Position numbers and translations under genes: made by a program. Below are positions 8,522 to 18,075 of a stretch of 64,000 bases of DNA, piece by piece; position 1 is the first letter of the stretch, and every line of letters starts with the position of its first letter. The DNA comes from Turneriella sp. GTDB lineage: Bacteria > Spirochaetota > Leptospiria > Turneriellales > Turneriellaceae. The stretch lies in contig CBDIID010000003.1 in assembly GCA_965279515.1 (NCBI GenBank), positions 1,728,001 through 1,792,000 of the forward strand, in the 5' to 3' direction. A model generated the notes under the pieces. It was not told where the DNA came from. It worked only from the letters and a program-made list of their open reading frames with translations, and made no database searches.

Positions 8522-10813
8522 CAGCTTCTCAAATTCCTGCAGCGGCACCGGCCGTGAGAAGTGGAATCCCTGGAAGGCATGGCAGCCCATGGCGTGCAGC
8601 GCGGCGAGCTGCTCCTGTGTTTCGACGCCTTCAGCGAGAACCTGCAGGTTAAGGTTTTCTGCCATGCCGATAATCGTGCGGATCAGAATCGCGTCGTTCT
8701 TATCGGTCGTCAGGTCGCGTACGAAAGACTGATCGATCTTGATCTGGCTGAAGGGCAGGCGTTTGAGGTAGGCGAGCGAAGAGTATCCCGTGCCGAAATC
8801 GTCGAGACTGAAGCCGATGCCCATTTCCTTCAGTAACTCCATCTTTTCGATCGTCTCATCGACGTTTTCGAGCATGAGACTTTCCGTAAGCTCAAGTTTC
8901 AGCGCACCGGGATTAATGCCCGATTGCCGCACGGCGTCCCCCACCATGGCTGAAAAGCCCGCCTCGCGGAATTGTTTTGGGCTGACATTGATGGCGAGCA
9001 CGAGGTGTTTTGTTTCCGCGCGTTCGGCCCATTCCTGCAGTTTGACACAGGCCATGCGGATAATCCAGGTACCGATTTCGACAATGTCACCGGTCTCTTC
9101 AGCCAGCGGTATAAAATCGCCCGGAAATACCATACCACGTATGCCGTGCCGCCAGCGGAGTAAAATCTCGGCGCCGAAGATGATACGCTGCGAATTATAC
9201 TGCGGCTGAAAATGCAGCTCAAACTCGTTGTTCCGCAGCGCCCGTTTGAGGTCTGATTCCAGCGCAATGCGTGCCTCGATCTGTTTCTGCATCTCGACGT
9301 CGAAATTGCGCAGCCGATTCTTGCCGCCGACTTTCGCCTGGTACATGGCGATATCGGCACGTTTCAGAAGCTCGTCGGCCGAATGGATGTGCCCGTACAT
9401 GAGTGTAATACCGATGCTCACGCTGTTCTGATAGTACTGCCCCAACGCATACGGGTTTACCGTGGGGACATTGATTGCCTCGAGAATCTTCTCGCCGATT
9501 TTTTCAGCCTCATGAGCCGCCTGGCTGATCGAACCGCTCAGGTTTTCAACAATCACGACAAACTCATCGCCGCCCCAGCGGGCGACAGTATCACTCTCTT
9601 TCACCGAAGCTGTCACGCGCTCGGCGACGACGGTAAGAAAATAATCTCCGCTGGCGTGACCCGAACTATCGTTGATATTCTTAAAATTATCGACATCAAT
9701 AAAAAAGACAGCGCCATATTTCAGGTCGCGTTCGCTCGTTGCCTGCGCGTGCTGCAAACGGTCCTGAAAAAGTTTACGGTTGGGCAGCCCTGTGAGATTA
9801 TCGTAGAGCGCAAGACTCTGTATTATTGCCTGCTGTTTTTTCCTTTCGCGGATATCCGTAATACTGCCGCGAACCAGAGGCGGATCGCCCGGCAGGCGCA
9901 ACAAGCGTATCTCGCACGGAATATTCTGGCCGTCTTTGTTCAGGCATATCCATTCGAATACGGGAATCTCACCTTCTAATGCCGCGCCGATCCTTTCACG
10001 CGCTAATTGTTCCGAAACAATCCCGCCTTCCTGGAATTCCGGGCTGACATCTGCAGGGCCGAGATTCTTCAGCTCTGTTGCCGAATAACCGAAAAACTTT
10101 TCAGCCATGGGATTCACTTCGACAAACTTACCCGTCCCTATATCAAGCACGACAATAGCATCCGGTGCATTATCGATCAGCCGGCGGAATTTCTGCTCGT
10201 TTACGTTTGAAATTTCTGAAACCCGCTTCAACCGCTGCGCACTGGTTTCGAGTGATTCGACGAGGCTATGAACAATCATCGACAACAACAAGTTAAGCGT
10301 AACGAAGACGACGCCGGCTTTAAGCCACGTGACAAAAACGGGATCGCCGGGCAGGGAAATATCCGGCGGTGTATTCAATCCCAGGTGTGCAAGAATTCCG
10401 TAGGTGATGATGGCGAGAAAGTCGGCCGCGACGATCACAAACGCAGCGCGGCGGCCAAAAAACGCCGCGGCGATCAGGCTTCCCGCACCGGCAATCGCTA
10501 AGGCAGTGTAACGGGGACCCACGAGGCAGGGAAAATACATCCCCACCAAAGTGAAATTAAAGATGAGGATAGCCGCTTTGCTGCGCCAGCCAAATGCCGG
10601 ATGCAGACTCGCAAAAACGAGCACATCGAAAATAATCCCTAAGGTACCGGCGGCATCGAGCCCCCGGATACGGAACATCCACAGCGCGATCGCCACAGCG
10701 CTGCCCAGGAGCACGATACCAATCGTACGGTTGAGTATTTTGAGCTTCCAGATATCCTGGTATTCCGACGCGGCGAACGGTTTTCCGGCGGTGTTTTTGA
10801 GGGAATTCTCCAC
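8510..10813 (-). CDS. Membrane-bound PAS-GGDEF-EAL diguanylate cyclase/phosphodiesterase
   Basis: TM region; PAS (LIDNAPDAI); DNLTGLPNR, RWGGDEF; EIL variant of EAL, DDFGTGYSSL, AEGVET. Confidence 0.95.
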   Translation of the reverse strand: MENSLKNTAGKPFAASEYQDIWKLKILNRTIGIVLLGSAVAIALWMFRIRGLDAAGTLGIIFDVLVFASLHPAFGWRSKAAILIFNFTLVGMYFPCLVGPRYTALAIAGAGSLIAAAFFGRRAAFVIVAADFLAIITYGILAHLGLNTPPDISLPGDPVFVTWLKAGVVFVTLNLLLSMIVHSLVESLETSAQRLKRVSEISNVNEQKFRRLIDNAPDAIVVLDIGTGKFVEVNPMAEKFFGYSATELKNLGPADVSPEFQEGGIVSEQLARERIGAALEGEIPVFEWICLNKDGQNIPCEIRLLRLPGDPPLVRGSITDIRERKKQQAIIQSLALYDNLTGLPNRKLFQDRLQHAQATSERDLKYGAVFFIDVDNFKNINDSSGHASGDYFLTVVAERVTASVKESDTVARWGGDEFVVIVENLSGSISQAAHEAEKIGEKILEAINVPTVNPYALGQYYQNSVSIGITLMYGHIHSADELLKRADIAMYQAKVGGKNRLRNFDVEMQKQIEARIALESDLKRALRNNEFELHFQPQYNSQRIIFGAEILLRWRHGIRGMVFPGDFIPLAEETGDIVEIGTWIIRMACVKLQEWAERAETKHLVLAINVSPKQFREAGFSAMVGDAVRQSGINPGALKLELTESLMLENVDETIEKMELLKEMGIGFSLDDFGTGYSSLAYLKRLPFSQIKIDQSFVRDLTTDKNDAILIRTIIGMAENLNLQVLAEGVETQEQLAALHAMGCHAFQGFHFSRPVPLQEFEKLLLL

Positions 10814-10921
10814 GTGGGGAATTATCGCCGGGCGGATGGCTCAGTAAACCAGAATATGACTTCTAAATGGTCAAAATCCCTTTCTCCTTGACGGTATGTC
10901 TAATTCGCAATTTCAGACTCT

Positions 10922-11338
10922 ATGGCGAAACTATCAGGCGCGACCCCTCAAGGCGGTGGCACAACGAACGGTTCGGCAGCCGGCGCCCACGCAAAAGTAA
11001 CTATCTACTACAACCCGAAATGCCGCAAGAGCCGCGAAGCTCTGCAGATCATCAAAGAAAAGGGTATCGACCCTGAAATACGCAATTATATGGAAGAGCC
11101 GCCCACCAAAGCCGAACTTTCCGAAGTTCTGCGCAAAATGGGCCGCCGCCCGCGCGACATCTTCCGCAAATCTGAGCCTCTTTATAAAGATCTCGGCCTC
11201 AAGAACAAAGATTTGAGCGACGACGAACTATTGACTTACCTCAACGAATACCCTATCCTGATCGAACGCCCGATCGTCGTCAAAGGCCAGCGCGCCGTAC
11301 TCGGCCGCCCACCCGAAGACGTACGCCGTATCATCTGA
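10922..11338 (+). CDS. arsC: ArsC family (glutaredoxin-dependent arsenate reductase-like) protein
   Basis: TIYYNPKCRKSR, PILIERPIVV, GRPPE; unusual 22 aa N-terminal extension. Confidence 0.85.
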   Translation: MAKLSGATPQGGGTTNGSAAGAHAKVTIYYNPKCRKSREALQIIKEKGIDPEIRNYMEEPPTKAELSEVLRKMGRRPRDIFRKSEPLYKDLGLKNKDLSDDELLTYLNEYPILIERPIVVKGQRAVLGRPPEDVRRII

Positions 11339-11357
11339 AAACCGGTTAGGCCTCCGC

Positions 11358-12008
11358 GTGGCAAGTCGCAAGATCGTTGTCACCTCGGGTCCCACCCGCG
11401 AACATTTTGACCCGATTCGTTTTCTCTCGAACCCTTCCACCGGCCGCATGGGCCATTCCATCGCCGCAGCAGCGGTTGCAAAAGGCGGATTTACCGTTGT
11501 TTTCATTTCCGGTCCCGTAACTCCCGATTTTGCCGAAGTTCAGGGCGCAAAAAATATTTCCGTGACGAGCACAGAAGACATGCTCGCTGCGGTAGACGAA
11601 CACCTGAACGCAGGGGACATCCTCATCATGGCAGCCGCGCCGGCCGACTACAAACCCGCCGTGCGCTCGCCGGTAAAAATCAAGAAGACCGAAAACCCGC
11701 AGATCAATCTGGTGCCCAACCCCGACATTCTCAAGAAAATGGCCGAGAAAAATAAATCGCTCACACCCCGGGCGACGCTTGTCGGCTTTGCCGCCGAGAC
11801 GCATGACACCGAAAAGTATGCGCTCGGCAAACTCAAAGACAAAGAGCTCGATATGATTTTCCTGAACGACGTCTCGAAACAGGGCGCGGGCTTTGCTTCG
11901 ACGACGAACGAGTTCACTGTTTTTTTTAAAGACGGTCACAGGCTCGAACTCGCCAATGCCAGCAAAGAAGAGCTCGGACAGAAAATTATCGACTGTGTTC
12001 TGCCATGA
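11358..12008 (+). CDS. coaB: Phosphopantothenate-cysteine ligase (stand-alone CoaB domain)
   Basis: VTSGPTREHFDPIRFLSNPSTGRMG, AAAPADY, NPDIL, VGFAAET; no CoaC flavoprotein domain. Confidence 0.9.
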   Translation: MASRKIVVTSGPTREHFDPIRFLSNPSTGRMGHSIAAAAVAKGGFTVVFISGPVTPDFAEVQGAKNISVTSTEDMLAAVDEHLNAGDILIMAAAPADYKPAVRSPVKIKKTENPQINLVPNPDILKKMAEKNKSLTPRATLVGFAAETHDTEKYALGKLKDKELDMIFLNDVSKQGAGFASTTNEFTVFFKDGHRLELANASKEELGQKIIDCVLP

Positions 12009-12670
12009 CCGGCATTCTCATCGCCACTAAATCAGAAGCGGCTTTTTTGCTGAACGATTTAGCTCCCGCGAAAAAAGATGGCATCTTTCATTACCGTGGC
12101 AATATCTCTGGAAAAAATGCAGCCCTCTACCTGACGCGGCCGGGCGTTGCGGCCAAAGAACAGTTGCGGCGCTTTCTGCGCCTCTACACTTTCGAACGCA
12201 TCATCAGTACCGGCGCCTGCGGTAACCTGACGAGCGAACTCAAACGCCTTGACGTTGTGCGCATCGCCAACGCCGCCTACCCGGGGAAAAAAAACATCAT
12301 TCTTACGCAAACCGGCCGCACCGCTGTTTCGATCGAACACCTGGTCACCGCCGACAGCGTGAAGGCCGACCTGCGGGCGCAGACAGGGGCCGATGTCGTC
12401 GACATGGAAACCTATGCGATAGCAGCAATCATGGCGGAAAAGGAATTTGCCCAACTGCCGTTGACCGCCATCCGTGTCGTCGACGATTTACCCGGTGAAG
12501 AGAATTACCTGACGAAGGAAAAGATGTTACGCGAGATGACGGCGGCAACGCCATCAGGCAATCCCCGCTGGCGCGACATCTGGAGTTTCGGTATCTGGGA
12601 TTATTTCCGCATCACCCTGCGCCGCCATGCCGTCGCCCGCGCCATTTTTGACGCCGTCAGCAAGGCCTGA
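12005..12670 (+). CDS. Nucleoside phosphorylase/MTA nucleosidase-fold protein
   Basis: IISTGACGNL, VVDMETYA, AIRVVDD motifs of the PNP_UDP_1 fold. Confidence 0.75.
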   Translation: MTGILIATKSEAAFLLNDLAPAKKDGIFHYRGNISGKNAALYLTRPGVAAKEQLRRFLRLYTFERIISTGACGNLTSELKRLDVVRIANAAYPGKKNIILTQTGRTAVSIEHLVTADSVKADLRAQTGADVVDMETYAIAAIMAEKEFAQLPLTAIRVVDDLPGEENYLTKEKMLREMTAATPSGNPRWRDIWSFGIWDYFRITLRRHAVARAIFDAVSKA

Positions 12671-13542
12671 TGCAGCTCACCGCACGCCTCAAGGGCACAC
12701 TCTTCATACTGTGCTCGGCCCTGCTCTTCTATCTCGCGACCTTTTTCGTGCGCATCGCCAGCAGCGAGTTTCGTGTTCCCGGGTCATGGTATATGCTGGC
12801 GCGGTTTTTATTGGGATTGCCCCTGTTCTATATATTCTTCCGCAGAAGCGGCGCGCCGGTCACCAGCAGCGGCTGGCTCATCATGCGCGCCGTTTTCAAC
12901 GTCATCGCGGTAATATTTTTTATTTATGCCACACATTTTGGCTCAGCGCTGAACGCCAATGTCCTGAACATGACCTACCCGGCTTTCGTGGCCCTGCTAT
13001 CTCCCATCTTCATCGGTGAAAAGAGCTCGTGGCTGACCTGGCTTGCAGTCATTGCCGCGATTGCAGGCTCGACCATCATCACGCTGGGCGGCAATAAACT
13101 GGAATTTCGCACCGCCGACCTGTTGGGCCTTGCCTCGGGTATTACCGCCGGGGTCGGCGTGATGAGCCTCAGGCAGATCCGTAAGACCGACTCGACATTC
13201 AACGTGCTCTATTACACCTTTCTCCTCGGAACGATGGCCTCGCTCGTTCTTGTGCTCATCGAAACCCTGCTGCTGCCCGCCGCCCCTGCAGCGGTGAGCT
13301 CCCCGCGCTTCTGGTCACTGATCGCTCTCTCAGGCCTGTGCGGTGTGCTCGGGCAATGGGTCTTCACCTATGGCTTCGCGTGGGTTGGTGCCGTTGAGGG
13401 TTCGATTCTCTCCTCATCACGCATCCTGATTGCACTGGCGTTCGGCGTGACCTGGTTTCATGAATCGTTTACAGCAATGGCGGCCCTGGGCGCCGCACTG
13501 GTATTATTTTCCAATGTCTCTCTCGCGCTGCGGCGGCGCTGA
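12670..13542 (+). CDS. DMT/EamA family transporter
   Basis: About 10 TM helices in two repeats; TYPAFVALLSPIFIGEK. Confidence 0.9.
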   Translation: MQLTARLKGTLFILCSALLFYLATFFVRIASSEFRVPGSWYMLARFLLGLPLFYIFFRRSGAPVTSSGWLIMRAVFNVIAVIFFIYATHFGSALNANVLNMTYPAFVALLSPIFIGEKSSWLTWLAVIAAIAGSTIITLGGNKLEFRTADLLGLASGITAGVGVMSLRQIRKTDSTFNVLYYTFLLGTMASLVLVLIETLLLPAAPAAVSSPRFWSLIALSGLCGVLGQWVFTYGFAWVGAVEGSILSSSRILIALAFGVTWFHESFTAMAALGAALVLFSNVSLALRRR

Positions 13543-13583
13543 ATTTTTTGGCAAAATCGGCCGCTTTTGATTATGCTTGCCCC

Positions 13584-13946
13584 ATGAAGAGATTCCTTGG
13601 CGGCGCCGTCATCGGTGCGGTGGCAGTTTACGCCTTTGGCGCACAGGTTGTGAAAATCGTACGCGAACCGGGCCTCGTCGCCTTTTCCCTGCAAAAGGGG
13701 TATGGCGTTCAGAAAGAAGCCAAGAATGAACTGACTTTTACCTCCGTAACCAACGGCAAAGAGATCAAAAAAGTGACGGTTTTCACGGGAACGACAGCTG
13801 CCGAAGACAAGAAATATTTCAGCAAATTAAATTCGATTCATGTTCCTGCTAACGCGGGCAAAGTCCGAGTCACGGGCCGTATCTTCTACTGCAGCTTCGA
13901 ACAGAAATTCTGTTCGGTGCAAAAGGTCGATGAAGAACTGAACTAA
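13584..13946 (+). CDS. Small exported protein (Leptospira MPL17-like)
   Basis: Signal peptide; C-terminal GRIFYCSFEQKFC Cys pair; family recalled from memory only. Confidence 0.5.
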   Translation: MKRFLGGAVIGAVAVYAFGAQVVKIVREPGLVAFSLQKGYGVQKEAKNELTFTSVTNGKEIKKVTVFTGTTAAEDKKYFSKLNSIHVPANAGKVRVTGRIFYCSFEQKFCSVQKVDEELN

Positions 13947-14185
13947 TCTATTTCAACCCGCGCGGCCAGCTCGCCGATCTTCGGGTGCGATTTTTCTGCC
14001 TGGCAAATCTCAATCAGTTTTCCGTTTTGTGGCGCTTCGAGGGAGAAAGCAGCCTTATCGGTCACCAGCTCGCAGAGCTCGTCGCCCGCGGCAAAGGTTT
14101 CACCTGGCTTTTTGTTCCATTTCACGAGCTCGATGCCGTCGTTGCCGCCGATGTCGGGAATTTTGAGCTCGATGATGCGTGGCAT
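13943..14185 (-). CDS. Stand-alone lipoyl-carrier domain protein
   Basis: LKIPDIG...KWNKKPGE...ELVTDKAAFSLEAP lipoyl-lysine motif. Confidence 0.85.
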   Translation of the reverse strand: MPRIIELKIPDIGGNDGIELVKWNKKPGETFAAGDELCELVTDKAAFSLEAPQNGKLIEICQAEKSHPKIGELAARVEID

Positions 14186-14236
14186 GGTTTAAACCGGTGA
14201 GCCGGACGCCCCGCGTAAATCAATATTCATTCAGGG

Positions 14237-15532
14237 TCAGGCATCGATCGACCAGAGTGTGATCTCCTGCTCCCTGCCTTTTACCTTAGCCTCGCCCACC
14301 CTGCGGCAGCGTTCTTTCACTGGCGCTGAGGCCGCCTGGTAAACAGCATCGGAAAAAATCAGGTCTGTTTTGAACTCTTTGCAGAGCCCTTCGATACGGG
14401 ATGCGCTGTTGACGGCATCGCCGATCACCGTGAAATCCTTACGTTCGGCGCTGCCAATGGCCCCCTGCAGAACCTCGCCATAATGGATACCAATACCGTT
14501 TTGAATGGGTTCAAGCCCCGCGGCTTGCCGCCGGCCATTGAGCTCTGCCAGCGAAGCGCGCATCAGCAGCGCCGCCGCTAACGCGGAATCACAACTGTTC
14601 TCCACATCCATAACGCCGCCGAAGACGGCCATAATCGCATCGCCGATAAATTTATCGATCGTACCGCCGGCAGAGGCGATCGCGCGCACCATCGCATCGA
14701 GGTATTCATTGAGGTATTCGACCACCTTTTCGGGAGCGACCTTTTCGCTAAAGCTGGTAAAACCCCGGATATCGCAGAACAAAATCGCCACAATTTTTTT
14801 CTCGCCATGCCCTAACGTACCGGCATGTGAGAGAATCTTATCCTTCACCTCATTCGAGACAAATTGCCCGAAAAGGCGTGAGACCATCATCGTCTCTCTC
14901 TGCCGCGTCAGTGTGTCGGCGATCAGCATGCGCACATGGCGGCTGACAATGCCGACGGTGAAACCGGTGACGCCCATCATCATTGATTTAAAGTGATAGA
15001 AACTTTCCTGAGTCAGGTCTTGCAATAACAGCGCATCGGGGTGCTGTGTCGCCGCCAGATAGGGAATCGCGAGGTGCGCGGCGAGGCTGTATTGCAGCGC
15101 AGAATAAAGCCCGGTCACCAGCGAGAGGCGAAAATCAAACGCAAAACCCGTGAGCACAATCAGGAAAAAATACAGGTAGCCCGGCGGCCCGGTGATGTAG
15201 GTCGCCGTGCCCGAGGGCAGCACAAAAAAGGCGATGATATAGATCGAAGTCGGCAAGGTGCAGAAACCGAGCATGACGAACCAGGTGCTCCGGCTTTTGA
15301 TTTTCCCGGCGCGCGCCAGCAGCCAAACCAAACCCGAGTAGATGCCGCCGATAAAAGTCCAAACGATCGGAACTTCGATACCTTTGACAAAACCCAGCCG
15401 CGTCAGAACAAAGAGCACTCCGGCGCTTAAGAATCCCATAAGGCAGGATGCGAGTGACCCCTTTTGCAGGGTCTCGTTCATTTGCTGTGTCACAAGCTGG
15501 TCAAAAGTTACAAGGTCGGAAGTTTGGGCCAT
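14237..15532 (-). CDS. Membrane-bound class III adenylate cyclase
   Basis: TM region; LFCDIRGFT, DKFIGDAIM, FTVIGDAVNSASRIEG. Confidence 0.93.
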   Translation of the reverse strand: MAQTSDLVTFDQLVTQQMNETLQKGSLASCLMGFLSAGVLFVLTRLGFVKGIEVPIVWTFIGGIYSGLVWLLARAGKIKSRSTWFVMLGFCTLPTSIYIIAFFVLPSGTATYITGPPGYLYFFLIVLTGFAFDFRLSLVTGLYSALQYSLAAHLAIPYLAATQHPDALLLQDLTQESFYHFKSMMMGVTGFTVGIVSRHVRMLIADTLTRQRETMMVSRLFGQFVSNEVKDKILSHAGTLGHGEKKIVAILFCDIRGFTSFSEKVAPEKVVEYLNEYLDAMVRAIASAGGTIDKFIGDAIMAVFGGVMDVENSCDSALAAALLMRASLAELNGRRQAAGLEPIQNGIGIHYGEVLQGAIGSAERKDFTVIGDAVNSASRIEGLCKEFKTDLIFSDAVYQAASAPVKERCRRVGEAKVKGREQEITLWSIDA

Positions 15533-15570
15533 ATTCGAAGCCAATCCGCCTTTAAAAAAGCAGCGCTGCA

Positions 15571-15608
15571 AGAAAAAAAAGAAAGCCCTGCCGTTAGAGC
15601 AGGGCTTC
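15571..15608 (-). terminator. Intrinsic terminator downstream of fcpA
   Basis: Minus strand AAGCCCTGC-TCTAACG-GCAGGGCTT followed by TCTTTTTTTT. Confidence 0.88.
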
Positions 15609-15643
15609 GGACGATCAGCGGCCCAATTTTCCGGGCCTTGAAG

Positions 15644-16483
15644 TTATGGAGATGGTTTCGTCGCGATGATCTCGTCGCGGTTTACGAGCTCAAGAATGTG
15701 CTCATACTCCGGAGAATCTTTCTTGTACTTAAGCTCTGTCGCACGCAGCAGGTGCTTGTTTTTATTCTTCTTGTAGAAGATGCGTTCTGCTTCGGTGCCT
15801 TTGTTGTACTTCTCTGCAACAGCTTCTTTGAAGCCGTAACCTGAAGCCAGGTATTTATGCGGAGAAATCTCTGTCTCAAACGCAGGGTCGATTTTCAGAT
15901 AACGCTCAAGCAGATCGATGGTCTGCGGCAGGTTCTGCAGGTCGTACTGTGAAATGATCCAGTCGCGGTATACCGAAGCTGTCAGATCTTTCATCTGTTG
16001 TTTTTCACGGAACGAACGGTTTTGTATTTCGTCGAGGTGGTTGATCGCGCGGGTGAAATAGGTCACCGCTTTGATTTTCGCACGGTCTTTCTTTTCGCGC
16101 AGAATGCGTTCTTCGCGCATTTTGCGATCGATCGTCTGCCAGTACCATTTTTCGTTCAGGTATTTGGCATCGGCCCACTCTTCTTTGTTGCGCTGAACTT
16201 CTTCGCGCATCTTATCGAGAATCGAGCGGCCGGTCTGGTAGTTCGAAAGCGCCAGACGGAACTTGTTGTTGGCAAAATCGTCACCGAGCTTATAGAGCTC
16301 GTCAAACGAAGCCACGTAAGGGCGATAATCCGGGTTATACCACTTGGCTTCTTTTTCTTCAGCCGGGCTGGGTGCCGCTGCGGTACCGCCGCCGGTTGTC
16401 GGCTTGCCCGCCGCGGGTTGTGCCATTATGGCTGTACCAATAAATACAGCGAGTAATGCAACTGCTGCTATGAACTTTTTCAT
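15644..16483 (-). CDS. fcpA: Flagellar coiling protein A (periplasmic flagellar sheath)
   Basis: WYWQTIDRK, YFTRAINHLDEIQN, YDLQNLPQ, HKYLAS.Y.F.E, HLLRATELKY.KDSPEY match Leptospira FcpA; SD GAAGGAG. Confidence 0.9.
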   Translation of the reverse strand: MKKFIAAVALLAVFIGTAIMAQPAAGKPTTGGGTAAAPSPAEEKEAKWYNPDYRPYVASFDELYKLGDDFANNKFRLALSNYQTGRSILDKMREEVQRNKEEWADAKYLNEKWYWQTIDRKMREERILREKKDRAKIKAVTYFTRAINHLDEIQNRSFREKQQMKDLTASVYRDWIISQYDLQNLPQTIDLLERYLKIDPAFETEISPHKYLASGYGFKEAVAEKYNKGTEAERIFYKKNKNKHLLRATELKYKKDSPEYEHILELVNRDEIIATKPSP

Positions 16484-16555
16484 ACGTTTCTCCTTCAATG
16501 CTGTTCGTCCATTTCTAACGCAGGCATGAGCATACATTAGAAAATACTATATTCT

Positions 16556-16582
16556 TTGTCGGCTTTCTGTGTGTAAATCTTA
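16556..16582 (-). promoter_or_regulatory. Sigma-28 (FliA)-type promoter of fcpA
   Basis: Minus strand TAAG-N15-GCCGACAA vs consensus TAAA-N15-GCCGATAA, about 70 nt upstream of the ATG. Confidence 0.75.
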
Positions 16583-16628
16583 AATCGAATTCTTAGTTCT
16601 GCGCCAGGGGGATGCCCCCGTCGTTATG

Positions 16629-17066
16629 TCACTTTTTGACGCTGAGCAGCTCCTCCAGAAGCCTGAGGAGATCGGTTTCCGTCAGTAATCCAAGCAATTT
16701 GCCCTCTCCATCGCAGACGGGCAGGCAGCCGAACTTGTGTTTTATCATGATGCGAACCGCGGTTTTGATGGAATCTTCAGGAGCCGCGGCAAACGGTTCG
16801 CGCGTCATAACCCGGCTCATCGTCAGTTTTTGGTCGCCGATCATCAGTTTGTTGCCCTCAGAATCATTGACAAAGACGAGGACATTCCTCAGGTCACGGT
16901 CTGAAACGATGCCGATAAGCTTGTTGTCTTTGGCGACGACAGGCATATGCCTGAAACGCCCCTCAAGCATCGCCGCATAAACCTTCTCGACATTGTCGCC
17001 CTCTGCGGCGGTTACGGGTTTTTTCAGCATCAGCTCGCCGACGGTCATCGCATCGCTGTAGCGCAT
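16629..17066 (-). CDS. CBS domain pair protein (AcuB-like)
   Basis: FRHMPVV..LIGIVSDRDL and FGCLPV..LLGLLTETDLL. Confidence 0.9.
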   Translation of the reverse strand: MRYSDAMTVGELMLKKPVTAAEGDNVEKVYAAMLEGRFRHMPVVAKDNKLIGIVSDRDLRNVLVFVNDSEGNKLMIGDQKLTMSRVMTREPFAAAPEDSIKTAVRIMIKHKFGCLPVCDGEGKLLGLLTETDLLRLLEELLSVKK

Positions 17067-17088
17067 CTATGGCCGTTAACACGGCCAA

Positions 17089-18015
17089 CTACTTGCCGAG
17101 AATCTTTTTCCGCAAATCTTCGACGCCGGCAAGCCGCTGCGCCTCGCTGAGGTTCTGGTTTTTCTGCAGGTATTCTTTTTCTGCGGCGAGAAACTGGTCC
17201 ATTTTGGCGTTGGATTCTGCAAATGCCTGGTTCTGCCGCGCTTCATCCTCTGCCATACGATTTGCCATGTGTTCGCCGAAATGTTTCACACGCAGTTCCT
17301 GGGTGGTTTTGGTGCGTTCGGCCTCAGGCATCTTTGCCATTTCTGTCTGGTGGAGCATGAGTTCGGTCCCAAACTTGATATCCGCCGGCTCACGCTCGAG
17401 GGTTGTCTGGTAATAAGGCCCCAGGATTTCTTTTTTACGCTCCGTAAACAGCCGCATACGTTCGTCGACGGGCAGATTCGCGTATTCGGGGCTCGCGAAC
17501 TTCGCCTGCTCTTCCTGCAGGGCCACGCGCGCCTCTTCGACCCCAAAAATGAGGCGTGCCGTCTCTTCGCCAAAAAAGTCGCGCCGCGCCTTCTTCATGA
17601 GCTTGTATTTATCCTGATCGCTTAACTGGGCATAGTTTTCAGGCGGACTCGTCTGGCGCATACTGGCCTCAAAAGCCAGGTACTGGTCAAAAATTTCGAG
17701 TAATTTCTGCTTATCTTTGCCAGGCAGGCGCTGGATTAACTGTTTGATGCGTTCGTTGCAGCCCGCTTCGTCGGTTTCACCGGCACAGTCGCGGCGCAAT
17801 TTTACGAGTTCAATAGCCAGGTCGATGCGACCCACCTGGACATCCGCCATGACATAATCGGCCTGCGATTCGGCGAGGCGGTCTGTAGGATACGGAAAGC
17901 GCTCTATGCCCTGCGCAGCCTGCTTTTTATTTTTTGAAGAATCGCCTTTAATGAAGATAAAATAAATGAATATTGCGGTAATAATGATGAGAATGGGTGC
18001 GATAAATTTTTTCAT
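17089..18015 (-). CDS. Lipase chaperone (Lif/foldase)-like protein
   Basis: N-terminal membrane anchor; all-helical; LLEIFDQYLAFE, RRDFFGEETARLIFGVEE, LRVKHFGE patterns. Confidence 0.65.
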   Translation of the reverse strand: MKKFIAPILIIITAIFIYFIFIKGDSSKNKKQAAQGIERFPYPTDRLAESQADYVMADVQVGRIDLAIELVKLRRDCAGETDEAGCNERIKQLIQRLPGKDKQKLLEIFDQYLAFEASMRQTSPPENYAQLSDQDKYKLMKKARRDFFGEETARLIFGVEEARVALQEEQAKFASPEYANLPVDERMRLFTERKKEILGPYYQTTLEREPADIKFGTELMLHQTEMAKMPEAERTKTTQELRVKHFGEHMANRMAEDEARQNQAFAESNAKMDQFLAAEKEYLQKNQNLSEAQRLAGVEDLRKKILGK

Positions 18016-18028
18016 AACTATGATCCGT

Positions 18029-18059
18029 CTACCCCTCTCCATGACATGGCGAGGGGTAG
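18029..18059. other. Intergenic stem-loop between the PLC-lectin and foldase genes
   Basis: CTACCCCTC-T-CCATG-A-CATGG-C-GAGGGGTAG; no U-tract on the transcribed (minus) strand. Confidence 0.7.
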
Positions 18060-18075
18060 GAAAGGATTTTAAAGG

